Source: a virus (lineage: Duplodnaviria; Heunggongvirae; Uroviricota; Caudoviricetes). Taken from it: a stretch of 64,000 nucleotides of DNA. Under the pieces are notes generated by a model. That model saw nothing but the letters and a program-made list of their open reading frames with translations, was not told the DNA's origin and did no database searches. The stretch lies in IMG/VR virus record IMGVR_UViG_3300014024_000069, positions 123,159-187,158 of that record, one strand, 5' to 3'. Each line of letters begins with the position of its first letter. Position 1 is the stretch's first letter. Position numbers and translations under genes: made by a program. Below, piece after piece: positions 38,942 to 48,267 of this stretch.

Positions 38942-41287
38942 TTAAAATCCGTCCCCAATTTCGATGAAGTTTTTACCCTCTTGGAGCCACTTAGGGAAAG
39001 TGAAGCCGGTTGCCCTGCCTTTGGTGAGTTTTTCCATTGGTAGAGTGCTGGCCACGATAACGTTGGCGTACTTGTGGGGGAGTTTCGTTTTCTCTGGTTC
39101 AGGCCATTCAAACAAGCAGTCGGTGACGATGATTGCAAGCTGTGGCTTTGGGTACCTGCGGCGTTTGTATTTGATGCCTTTGGTTAGTGTCTCGGTGATG
39201 ATGTGCCCCAGGTCAGTGCCACCAAAGTAGGTGGTTGCCCACCTGTTTTGATCCATGCCTTTTTTGAAAGGGTTGATAGACTGCTCAACGTAACGCACCT
39301 CTGTGTCCGCAACGGCGAAAGTGATAGGGGTGGCGTGGATCCTCATCACAGACTGGACGATGTTAACGCATTCCGCGATGGTGGTTTCCATGTGCGGAAT
39401 CATCGACGGGCTGGCATCAATAAGGACAGTGTACTCAGGGGCGTAGGTGATCATCCCCATCATCAGCGGCATGCCCTCCTGCTGGTTAAGGTTGCGTTTG
39501 GCGTAGGTCATGTCGGTTTGACCATTCATAATCGCCCCTGATGCGGCGCGGGAGATGATTCTGTTGAGTTGTCTTGTCCAGTGGGTTTTGGACTTTTTGA
39601 GTTCCTTAATGGCCCACTGGGTGACTGTTTCTGATGGTCGCCCGGCGCCGCCGCCGCTGATGGAGGTTGCGGCCTTTTTGATGTCCTCTGTGAGTTCCTT
39701 GATGACTTCATTGAACTCCATTTCTGATGGTTGTCGTTCCGCACCTGGGTGGGCGTAGTCGTGTTTCAAATCGTCGTGGTTTGTGGCATCAAACCAGGTT
39801 TCGTTGGTTGCTGTTTCCGCCAGGTGTTCCATGATTGAGCTACTGCCCTGCAGCATGTCGGGAACACCGTCAACGCCTGGCGCGGACGTGGCATCACTTC
39901 CTGGTTGGGTGGATTGTCGTCCCTGTCCTGCTTGCGGTTCACCCGCCCCTGTATTGTTGCCTGCGCTGGTGTCCGCGCCGCCTCCCGTATTGTTGGAGCC
40001 TCCTCCACTGTTGGGGATGCCGGGGCCTGGTTGCGCATCCTCGCCGCTAGAAGTACCGCCGGAACCTTTGATGTCGCCGTTGGCACCGGCCTGCCCGTCA
40101 GGTGTTCCAGGCTGTCCTTCTTCTGGGGATCCCCCGCTAGGGTTACCGTCTTGTCCCGGCGCGCCGTCGCCGTCAGGATGCACATCTGTCTCTCCGTCGC
40201 TGTTTTCTTCCTGTGGGGTTTCCGTATCACCAGCACTGCTCCCCCCACCATCATTGTTGGCACCCGGCGCGCCGGGCATGTTGGGGCTGGTCGGGTTATT
40301 GTCTCCTGTGTCTTCCTGTGGGTTGGTGTTGTCGTTTGGTTCGCCGGTACCGCCGTTATCGGATGCTGTGGTATCACCGCCAGAAGCCTCACCTGCGCCG
40401 CCGTTGGTGCTTTCTGTGGTGCTTGTTCCTTCTCTGCGTTCCTCGTTGTTGCCGGCGCCTGCTTTGGTTTCCGCGCCGTCTTCTTGTACGCCTGGATCCG
40501 GCACAGGCTGCTGGTCGTTGGGTGGGGGATTGTCATCAGTGTGGTTTTCTTCTTGTCCCTCTTCATGCTGTTCCTGTGGTGGGGACTGATTGTCACCGCC
40601 TGTGGCGTTATCGGGGTTGTCGGCAGGGGTGCTGTCTGTGTCGTTGCCCTCGTCGCCGGTTCCGCCGGGGTTGGTGGTGCGGGGTTTGTCTTCTTGTGTG
40701 TCTTCTGGGTTTTCTGCAGGGGGTAGGGCTTGTTTGAGGGCTTTGTCTATGTCTTTGAGTAGCTGGTAGTAGGTTTCCGCCGCCTGCAGGGGCGGCAGCC
40801 CCCAGTTCTGTGGGGTGACCGCGCCGTCTGGGATGGGGGGTATGGTGATTTTCCCCAGGTGGTTTTCTGCGTCCGGCCCGAAGGCATGAAGGATTTCGCG
40901 CCTAAAGTCTGGGTAGTTGGTTTGTGCCCGGACTTCTTGCATGGAGTCGTAGATTTCCATGCTTTTCGCCATTTGGGCGAGCCTGCTCATTTCGTGGTGG
41001 TTTTTGTCTATGGTGAGCCTGAGATCCATGCGGCGTGAGGCGTGCTCACAGGCGTATTCCATGCGGCTAGCAATAACAGGGAGGGGCGTTTTGTGGATGT
41101 AGATGGGGTCTACGAAAGCATCAAGGTCTTTGTTGAGAACAATGCCGCCGATGTTGCTGGTGGGTTTGATGTGGAATTTGCTGATGAATGAGGCCCACCA
41201 GGGGGTAAGTGCTGACATGTAGTTGATGGCTTGGTGCCATTTAGCGGTGGGGAACACCGCATCATCAACAGGGGTGTAGCGGGTCAT
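38942..41287 (-). CDS. DUF2201-type protein: degenerate metallopeptidase-like N-domain, acidic G/D-rich linker, C-terminal VWA
   Basis: VWA motifs IDASPSM, GGTD, IVTDC; W...L.RII and TY.KRN as in DUF2201; the expected HExxH position reads YACEH. Confidence 0.75.
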   Translation of the reverse strand: MTRYTPVDDAVFPTAKWHQAINYMSALTPWWASFISKFHIKPTSNIGGIVLNKDLDAFVDPIYIHKTPLPVIASRMEYACEHASRRMDLRLTIDKNHHEMSRLAQMAKSMEIYDSMQEVRAQTNYPDFRREILHAFGPDAENHLGKITIPPIPDGAVTPQNWGLPPLQAAETYYQLLKDIDKALKQALPPAENPEDTQEDKPRTTNPGGTGDEGNDTDSTPADNPDNATGGDNQSPPQEQHEEGQEENHTDDNPPPNDQQPVPDPGVQEDGAETKAGAGNNEERREGTSTTESTNGGAGEASGGDTTASDNGGTGEPNDNTNPQEDTGDNNPTSPNMPGAPGANNDGGGSSAGDTETPQEENSDGETDVHPDGDGAPGQDGNPSGGSPEEGQPGTPDGQAGANGDIKGSGGTSSGEDAQPGPGIPNSGGGSNNTGGGADTSAGNNTGAGEPQAGQGRQSTQPGSDATSAPGVDGVPDMLQGSSSIMEHLAETATNETWFDATNHDDLKHDYAHPGAERQPSEMEFNEVIKELTEDIKKAATSISGGGAGRPSETVTQWAIKELKKSKTHWTRQLNRIISRAASGAIMNGQTDMTYAKRNLNQQEGMPLMMGMITYAPEYTVLIDASPSMIPHMETTIAECVNIVQSVMRIHATPITFAVADTEVRYVEQSINPFKKGMDQNRWATTYFGGTDLGHIITETLTKGIKYKRRRYPKPQLAIIVTDCLFEWPEPEKTKLPHKYANVIVASTLPMEKLTKGRATGFTFPKWLQEGKNFIEIGDGF

Positions 41288-42132
41288 AATGGCGGCTCCT
41301 GATAAATCGTCCTAATAGGTGGGTACAGGTTGCATGCGCGGGGTGTGCTGAGTTTCAGTGAGCGGGTCACCATGCGTTCCCCCAGTCGCGGATTAATGAC
41401 ACCGCGCCTGCCACGGGAGAAACGGTTTGAGCCTAGTTTCGTGTAGCGGGGGTCAATGACTCTGAGCTGTTCCATGAGTTTAGCCGCATTAATAGTGTGT
41501 ATAAAATACGCTTTCCCGTTTTCTATCCACCCGTCTGCGTTAAACAAATCAGCCCTATTCACCCCCGCCAACTGGGCTTCATCATGCGGAGTGGCAACCC
41601 ACTTTTTAATACGATAGCAATACCCCAGCGTGTCACTATCTGTTTCCTCCTGGCGTATCACCCACCTTCCGGTGTCAATATTCCCACCCAAAGGCGAATC
41701 AGAAACCTCCACAATCGTGGACTCCCACGGGGTTGTCAACACCCGGCGCCACCCCATGTCATACAGCAGGCTCTCCACCGTCACATACAACGGATCCGCA
41801 GCATACAACGGTGCTATATCCCACAAGTGTTTCAGCAACTCCAGCGACACCGGACACACCGCAGTGTAAGTGTTATACCGCTCCACAAGCGGCGATGCGG
41901 CACACAAATCATCCAGCATCCCCGCCCAGGCTTTCTTCTCTGACCCCAAAGATGGCACGCTAACCGGTATACCTACACCCATTTTGTCGTGCTGCCACGG
42001 TGCCACGAACGCGCCGCCACCATGCGGCAAAGCAATATACTTTCGGTATTCCCCACGGTATTTCTGGCGGTCCTCCCCCACCAGGAAACCATAGGCTTCC
42101 GCCTCGTCGATAATCTGGTTAAACGGCTCCAA
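41284..42132 (-). CDS. Hypothetical protein
   Basis: Start probably near TTG 42132, coupled to the upstream stop; the ORF-track extension overlaps the relaxase. Confidence 0.6.
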   Translation of the reverse strand: MEPFNQIIDEAEAYGFLVGEDRQKYRGEYRKYIALPHGGGAFVAPWQHDKMGVGIPVSVPSLGSEKKAWAGMLDDLCAASPLVERYNTYTAVCPVSLELLKHLWDIAPLYAADPLYVTVESLLYDMGWRRVLTTPWESTIVEVSDSPLGGNIDTGRWVIRQEETDSDTLGYCYRIKKWVATPHDEAQLAGVNRADLFNADGWIENGKAYFIHTINAAKLMEQLRVIDPRYTKLGSNRFSRGRRGVINPRLGERMVTRSLKLSTPRACNLYPPIRTIYQEPPL

Positions 42133-43573
42133 GCCCACCACCCACCAACGAACGCGGCAACCCATCATCACCCAACCACGCACGCTGAGGATGGTACCTT
42201 TTCTCACTACTAGGGAACACGCCCCACGCCACCCTAGCGGCAGCGCCTGATAGTTCATCCTCCCGCGTAGACAACCTATGTGACGAACCCACATCACCCC
42301 ACCACCGGCGTGCCGCCACCCAACTGGGTTGCTGCATGGCAAGCATAGTGTTATGCACCAAATCCCACCGCTGCGTAGGGTTTGATGCTTTAGGGTCCGG
42401 TATCAGCGGATCAATCGCGCAGTTATACACGGTGGAACGAGAAAGCAAGCGGGTGAACCCTATGCTGTTGGCACCCACGTCAGGAAACCATGCTGCCGCG
42501 TTGGCCACATATATTTTCGCAGCCCCACGGGCACGTGCCGCCTCACTGGAAACGTAGCGTTTTGATTCTTGTTTAATGCCAATATCCACAGCCCTGAACA
42601 AGTCACGCCACGTCACAGAAAACGACGCTGACACGAACACCACACACATGTCCATCATGGATAGCCCACACACCGCAGTCCATGACGCGGCTTTTTCCGC
42701 AATGCTCTTATGGGTCACTGTGCTGCCACCCACAAGCTCAAACACAATGATTTTCCCATCTCGGGTCACCAAAGCACCATCACCATGAGACTGACGGGAC
42801 TCATCACCCACAGGGGCATCGTAGAACACCGATGCGGGCAGCACCTGCTCCCCCCAAAAACCAGCGATATTATCGGTGTATTCCATAGCCCGGATCATGA
42901 TCTCAGACATCAGGAGAGTGTGTCTGGTTGCAGACGATGCGTTCGCGCCGGGTGCGTCGTCGAATGTGGTGGATCCTTTGATCATTCCTGCTTCCCAGGA
43001 TCCGATGGTTTCCAGCCAGTGGTTGTATTCGAGGGTTTTGGTGTTGATGTGCCATAGGTCTCCTATGGTGTGGTGGTGTGCCCATGTGTTGGGGGATTTT
43101 TGCACGACACCGGCGATGTAGAGTTTTTTCAGGAGGGCGTGGACTTCCTGTAGTTCGCTGGGGTAGGTAATGGCGGCGATTTGGTGGGTGGTGGCGGTTG
43201 CTAGTTGGGTAAGTGCTGCTGTGATTCGGATTGCTTTTTGGGTGTAAATATCGCCGTCTTCTGGGGTGAGGGTGGATTTGATGGGTTTTGTGACCATGCG
43301 TAGTTTGTTGTTGGGGGTGATCGTCATGTGCCTGTGGTTGAGGCTGATGGTTTCCCACGGCATGGTGTTGATGTCCCCGAACCTGATGTCACGAATGAAG
43401 TCAGGGCGCTTCCAGTACGGGAGATCACCACAGCGGGAGGCGTTGATGACATCCAGCCCTCCCGCTGTGGCGTAGGTTTCTTTGTCCAGGGGGGATAGGA
43501 ACTCGAATCGGTTCCTTGCCCCTGGTATTGCCCCTTGTTGTCTGATCGTGAACACGATTGTTGATTGTAGCAA
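42119..43573 (-). CDS. Replication-relaxation (Replic_Relax-like) protein, candidate relaxase
   Basis: wHTH-like ATTHQIA..LKKLYIAGVV; RHTLLMSEI; FWGE; GDGALV...IVFEL; directly downstream of the coupling protein. Confidence 0.7.
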   Translation of the reverse strand: MLQSTIVFTIRQQGAIPGARNRFEFLSPLDKETYATAGGLDVINASRCGDLPYWKRPDFIRDIRFGDINTMPWETISLNHRHMTITPNNKLRMVTKPIKSTLTPEDGDIYTQKAIRITAALTQLATATTHQIAAITYPSELQEVHALLKKLYIAGVVQKSPNTWAHHHTIGDLWHINTKTLEYNHWLETIGSWEAGMIKGSTTFDDAPGANASSATRHTLLMSEIMIRAMEYTDNIAGFWGEQVLPASVFYDAPVGDESRQSHGDGALVTRDGKIIVFELVGGSTVTHKSIAEKAASWTAVCGLSMMDMCVVFVSASFSVTWRDLFRAVDIGIKQESKRYVSSEAARARGAAKIYVANAAAWFPDVGANSIGFTRLLSRSTVYNCAIDPLIPDPKASNPTQRWDLVHNTMLAMQQPSWVAARRWWGDVGSSHRLSTREDELSGAAARVAWGVFPSSEKRYHPQRAWLGDDGLPRSLVGGGLGAV

Positions 43574-43597
43574 GGGGCGGGGGTTGGTTAGTGTGGG

Positions 43598-46414
43598 CTA
43601 TCGCCGCCTTGTTAGGTGCCTGTTGTGTGTTTTTGCTGGTTGTTTGCGTTTGTTGGGGTGCATGATTTTGATCATGCGTTCTGCGGCTTCATCCAGATCC
43701 TGCGAGGACATGACAATTTTCTTCCAGTCCAAAGCGTAGGGGATTTGGATAGTACACGGGTCTGTTGTTTCTTTGGCGCTAAGCAGCACCGCAGCACCAA
43801 CACCCTGCGGGAACCTCCTGAACACCTCAGCATCGTAGATGGTTTTGTCCGCGCCGCCCAATTGCTCTAGGGCAGTGCCAATGTCGTTCGGGTTGGTGAA
43901 CTTCAGGAGAATGGATGACACGAATGATTTCACACTCTCTGCTGCGTCCTCGTTCATCTGCTGGAAGTTTTGGTAACCAACATTGTGTGAACAACCCGCG
44001 CCGCGCCCTTGGTCACGAACGTCCTGCAGAATGTTCATGCCTTCACCATCGGAGGTCTTAGACTCGCCGCAAATATCCTTCACCTCATCCGCATACAAGG
44101 GCACGTAGCGGCCGCGTGCCCGCCAGCCCGCACAGTTTGCCTTAATGTGTTGCCACAGCATGTGGTGAATGATGGTGGTGTACCTGCGGCACATGTCCTG
44201 CTCCACGAACCTCACAAAAACACCATCATCTCTTCTTACTGGTCCTACATTGATAATGACGGGGCAGCCGCGCCCATTGTCGCGTCCCTTAATGATTTCA
44301 TCAAACCCAATGTCACGACGATTAGGGGAGGTTTCAAACATTCCGCGTGAATTTTTCAGCGCCGATAGTTTGTTCTGGATGGGTGCCAAAGCATCCCTGA
44401 CTTTCGCCAGGGACAGCAGACGGTTAATGCTGAATGACAGTAGGGCTTTGCGCTCCTGTTCCATCGCGGACATTTGTTGTGTGATCGCGGGATTTTTTGC
44501 CTCTGTCATGATTTCGTTCGACAGTCTCTCCAGCTTGGCGTTAATGTTGATGCTGCTATCAGCACCAACAAGCAGGTACACCAACATGGCGATGTTGGGT
44601 TTTTCTGACCACACTAGTGCCGCCAGCTCGGGGATAGCCTCAATTTCCTCCTTGGATAGCAGCATGGCGATACTTAAGGCACTGATCGCAACGTCACGGG
44701 ACTGGGCACCAATAGCATCGCCATAGGACGAAATAAGACCATCAACCAGGTTGCCGACGTTCCGGGAAATCTCATCAGGTGAGGCTTCTGGGTAGCGTGG
44801 ACCCTCAATCGCCAGGCGCACGTCATGGTTAGGGTCATGCACGCTAATGAATTTCGGATTCATTTCCTCCACCATTTCAAAAGCGCTGTATGCGCCCTCG
44901 CCTTTGGTTTCCAACCAAATCGGGTTGATGAACAAATCCTTAGCCCTACCGTCCTCAGCTTCCGAAAGCATACTCATTCCGAAAAAGTGCACCAGGAGCG
45001 CATTAGATTTACCACTACCAGCATCGCCACCAACAGCAGTACCGAACTCAAGGTCATCAACCGTGGCGAAAAGCGGCTGATTTTTAGGGGTGATGCCAAT
45101 AAAAATCTTGTCATTACCATACCCCAATAGCTTTTTCTCCAGTGCGCGGGGAATGCCGTTGGTGGGGATGCGGGACACCGCAATATTCGTGGACCGTGCC
45201 GACGACACCGGCATGCTCATAAACTGCAACAACGGGGTTTGGTACAACGGCAGCACCTGACGGCAAGACGGTGGTGCCACGCGGTTACCCATTTTCTCGC
45301 CGCCCGCGTCACTACGGAAATGCTTGCGCCACACACCATGCAGAAGCCTACGCGGCGACGCACGCCAAAACGCTGGCACAAGAATAACACCACGCCGAAC
45401 ATCCTCAGCAAGCCACGCACTCGACATCATCGACATGCCCAAAATAGATGCCAACACCGCTGCAAGGGTTATGACAGTGAGTACAGTAACACCCATACCT
45501 ACCCACTGTTGGGAAGCAAACAGGATTGGGAACGCCATGAGCCACGCCCACCAGGCAATGAATTTCCTGTGGTAAACCTCTGGCGGTTCGCTTTTGAAAA
45601 TCATTCCGCTTTCTGACATCTGGCTTGTCGCCGTGTTCAGCACACTCATTGACAAGCTACGGTCATTCGAGTCATTGACCACACCAATGGTTGCCCGAAC
45701 CACTGTTGAACTAAGTTCCTGGCCTTTTGCCCCCGATTTGGAGAACAGTGCTGATTCACCCTGCCCCATGATGACTTCCTCGCCAAGGTTAGCGACAGTC
45801 AGAGTGCGTTCAGAACCGCGCATGTATTCCACAGTAAGGATAACGGAACCGGAAAACGATTCGCCGCTTTCCTCCTTCTCCGACATCAGGTTCTGCAGGT
45901 TATCCATGACGTTACCGATGTGGCTACGATCAACCTCGCTGGTGATGGTGCCAACATTGTTGCGTTCCCTAAACGCCAACGTCAAAGCCCCCGGATGGAT
46001 TTCAATAGGGTCAACCGGCACCGCAGAACAGTCCATGCTGCGCGCCCAAGTGGAGACCACACCGCTGATGTTGTGGCGCTGGTCAATGCCTAAGAAAACC
46101 CGCACCTGCGGATCATCATAGTCTTTTTTAATGACGAAACTCACAGTGCCGCGCCGCACCCACTTCTTGTCCCCCAGTCCGTTGATGAGGGTGGTGATCG
46201 CGGCGACCTGTCTTTTCGCGTTGCTGGATTCGCCCCGTGAGATGCGTCGTTCGTAGACGATCTCATGCCATTCCATTTCGCCGGTGAAGCTGCGGCGCAC
46301 CCACCCCCACCCGTAGCGCAGGGCGTAGCGCAGCGACATCATTAATAACAGCAGGTTAATCCCAACAGCGGTTATGGTGGCGCTGGTGGTGAGTATGGTG
46401 GTTAGTGTCTCCAT
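43598..46414 (-). CDS. virD4: VirD4/TraD-like type IV coupling protein
   Basis: TM segments; Walker A GGDAGSGKS; Walker B LYADEV; DQGRGAG...GYQNFQQM. Confidence 0.75.
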   Translation of the reverse strand: METLTTILTTSATITAVGINLLLLMMSLRYALRYGWGWVRRSFTGEMEWHEIVYERRISRGESSNAKRQVAAITTLINGLGDKKWVRRGTVSFVIKKDYDDPQVRVFLGIDQRHNISGVVSTWARSMDCSAVPVDPIEIHPGALTLAFRERNNVGTITSEVDRSHIGNVMDNLQNLMSEKEESGESFSGSVILTVEYMRGSERTLTVANLGEEVIMGQGESALFSKSGAKGQELSSTVVRATIGVVNDSNDRSLSMSVLNTATSQMSESGMIFKSEPPEVYHRKFIAWWAWLMAFPILFASQQWVGMGVTVLTVITLAAVLASILGMSMMSSAWLAEDVRRGVILVPAFWRASPRRLLHGVWRKHFRSDAGGEKMGNRVAPPSCRQVLPLYQTPLLQFMSMPVSSARSTNIAVSRIPTNGIPRALEKKLLGYGNDKIFIGITPKNQPLFATVDDLEFGTAVGGDAGSGKSNALLVHFFGMSMLSEAEDGRAKDLFINPIWLETKGEGAYSAFEMVEEMNPKFISVHDPNHDVRLAIEGPRYPEASPDEISRNVGNLVDGLISSYGDAIGAQSRDVAISALSIAMLLSKEEIEAIPELAALVWSEKPNIAMLVYLLVGADSSININAKLERLSNEIMTEAKNPAITQQMSAMEQERKALLSFSINRLLSLAKVRDALAPIQNKLSALKNSRGMFETSPNRRDIGFDEIIKGRDNGRGCPVIINVGPVRRDDGVFVRFVEQDMCRRYTTIIHHMLWQHIKANCAGWRARGRYVPLYADEVKDICGESKTSDGEGMNILQDVRDQGRGAGCSHNVGYQNFQQMNEDAAESVKSFVSSILLKFTNPNDIGTALEQLGGADKTIYDAEVFRRFPQGVGAAVLLSAKETTDPCTIQIPYALDWKKIVMSSQDLDEAAERMIKIMHPNKRKQPAKTHNRHLTRRR

Positions 46415-46488
46415 GCCGTGTTCTTTCTGTGGTTACTCATGGGTTTTCTTTCCCTGTCGTGGGCGCGCCGCATGGGCGGGTAAGGGGG

Positions 46489-47742
46489 TTATGCGGGTAC
46501 ATCGAAAATGTTTTGGATGCTGTTTTTCTGGTCTTGCATTCTTGACGCTTCCAGCTTGGTTAGCCCCTCCATCATGGAAATGTAGTTGTTAAACCTGGGG
46601 TTACCAGTTTTGACGGCACGATAGTTGATGTAGGCCAATCGCAGACGATTCCAGGCTTCCCTATAGCGATCCGCCATAATGTCAATAGCGTTATTCACAG
46701 CTTCTTTGTTGTATTCGCCAGAAACAATTTGTTCCTCAACAATGTCAAGCATTTTTTCTTGCTCTACTCTGCGCACATTATCTGCCCGCGCGTATTCCGA
46801 CATGATGCGGGCTTCAATGGAGAGCCTGTGGGCTGCGTCAACATCATCAGGCAGGGTTGCTGATACCACAACGTTAAGAATTGATGCAGCACGGTTCATT
46901 TTTGTGATGTATTCAATGAGGTGTTCAGCAACTTTTCGTGTTTCCTCGAAAACTTTATCAAGTGGAACGTAATAATTGTGGTCTTCTTCATATTTCATAA
47001 CGTGATACTGGTAGTACACGCTGATGTCATTCATTTTGGCGCGGTAGTTCCTTGCCCACACGCCGTCGCTGTCGGAGAATGAGGAACCGTAGTTGTAAAT
47101 TTTGTCTAGTCCACCTAAGGCTTTTATTGCTGATGACACAGCTCCCGCTTGCGCCATGAGAGACTGCTTTACTTCCTTACCTGTCAACTCTAGGCATTTA
47201 TACACCGCATTGGAGAAATTAAGTTCAACCTGGTCTAATGTCATCCCATTGCGGAAATCCATTTCAGTAAGAAGCGGATAATTGTCCAACGCTGATGGTT
47301 GCCCATGCTTGTTATGGTATGCCTTAATATCAGCCTCATCATAGTTGAACCTTTTTATCTGCAAATATTCAAGGTACCTGGCTTTATCATCCCACAGTTC
47401 AAAAGCATCAATGAGATAAAACATTCTGATGCACCACACGTCTTCCGATTCGTCGGGGCGGCGCGCAGTTAGTTCTGGGTCAATCCAGTAAATCGGGTGC
47501 GACAAAGCACCCTTACTAACGTTTTCAGGAGCCAGGCGCGTTATGTCACGAACAGTGCGGGGGTAAGGGATGGGGATGAATGGGAAATTGAAGCTATTGA
47601 TTGCGTACTGGCTTCGTTCAAGATTTGTGACAGTATGGAAGTTTCTCCTGAAAGCATCAATTTCTGCTGATGAGTTCAGTTTAATTTCGCCTGCTGGTGG
47701 GAGTGGTTTAGTTGGTGTTGGCACACCTGGAGTTTCATTCAC
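46489..47742 (-). CDS. Hypothetical, mostly alpha-helical protein
   Basis: 417 aa ORF, lower GC than its neighbours. Confidence 0.7.
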   Translation of the reverse strand: MNETPGVPTPTKPLPPAGEIKLNSSAEIDAFRRNFHTVTNLERSQYAINSFNFPFIPIPYPRTVRDITRLAPENVSKGALSHPIYWIDPELTARRPDESEDVWCIRMFYLIDAFELWDDKARYLEYLQIKRFNYDEADIKAYHNKHGQPSALDNYPLLTEMDFRNGMTLDQVELNFSNAVYKCLELTGKEVKQSLMAQAGAVSSAIKALGGLDKIYNYGSSFSDSDGVWARNYRAKMNDISVYYQYHVMKYEEDHNYYVPLDKVFEETRKVAEHLIEYITKMNRAASILNVVVSATLPDDVDAAHRLSIEARIMSEYARADNVRRVEQEKMLDIVEEQIVSGEYNKEAVNNAIDIMADRYREAWNRLRLAYINYRAVKTGNPRFNNYISMMEGLTKLEASRMQDQKNSIQNIFDVPA

Positions 47743-47930
47743 TGATAATCCCCTTGACTACTTGATAGTTTTATGCTTTGTGTATTCTATCAACCACCCC
47801 CATTCATTTACTCTTGCAGAGAAACCGAACGTCAATAAATGTGAAACCACACAAGTAGATTGAGTGAAACAATCCAGAGTTTTCACATTAACGCGGGATA
47901 CACAACAAGCCTTATCCCCCTGAGCACAAG

Positions 47931-47970
47931 AAAACCACCCCCGTTGCCATGAAGGCTAGAGGAGGGTGGT
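47931..47970 (-). terminator. Terminator-like hairpin
   Basis: ACCACCC (47934-47940)/GGGTGGT (47964-47970) followed by TTTC on the minus strand. Confidence 0.5.
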
Positions 47971-48099
47971 GTCTACTATCTATCTAGTGTAGCAGATAAA
48001 CGATTTACCAGTGCGCCTGCGCCCCAGCGGGCACTATCCCGTGAAGACAAGGTGAAATACGCGCTGAGGTTGCAGCGCTAGACATGCAGGGGAGAAGGC

Positions 48100-48216
48100 T
48101 TACCCATCTAGGTTGTAGATTTTCCTGCGATTGGAGAAATTGTCTAGCGGCTTGAAGACCGCATGGGCGGTCGAGATGACGGCAAGCCCTATTGTGGCGG
48201 CTAACTTCCTCTTCAT
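48100..48216 (-). CDS. 38-aa peptide with a signal-peptide-like N-terminus
   Basis: GAAAGGAAA RBS; MKRKLAATIGLAVISTAHA-VFKPLDNFSNRRKIYNLDG; basic n-region, hydrophobic h-region, A-H-A site. Confidence 0.55.
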   Translation of the reverse strand: MKRKLAATIGLAVISTAHAVFKPLDNFSNRRKIYNLDG

Positions 48217-48267
48217 GAGCGTTTCCTTTCAATTCGATGTAAGTGTGAGCCGTCAACAATACCATAA

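Larger units (their letters stand above)
357..42952. repeat. Dispersed polar 9-mer CCCGGCGCG
   Basis: Exact copies read by eye: plus strand at 357, 2370, 2763, 22944, 37000, 38867, 40155, 40263; minus strand (CGCGCCGGG on plus) at 3421, 15677, 27372, 38216, 40268, 42944. None seen after 43 kb. Confidence 0.8.

Noticed and set aside
39766..40737. Several overlapping 170-280 aa ORFs in other frames
   Set aside because: By-products of the low-complexity GC-rich linker of the DUF2201/VWA gene.
47970..48100. tRNA-like element
   Set aside because: Short hairpins only; no T-loop GTTC motif or cloverleaf spacing.
48005..48265. 86-aa ORF from the ORF track
   Set aside because: No recognisable features; the nested 38-aa frame has the clear RBS and signal-like sequence.
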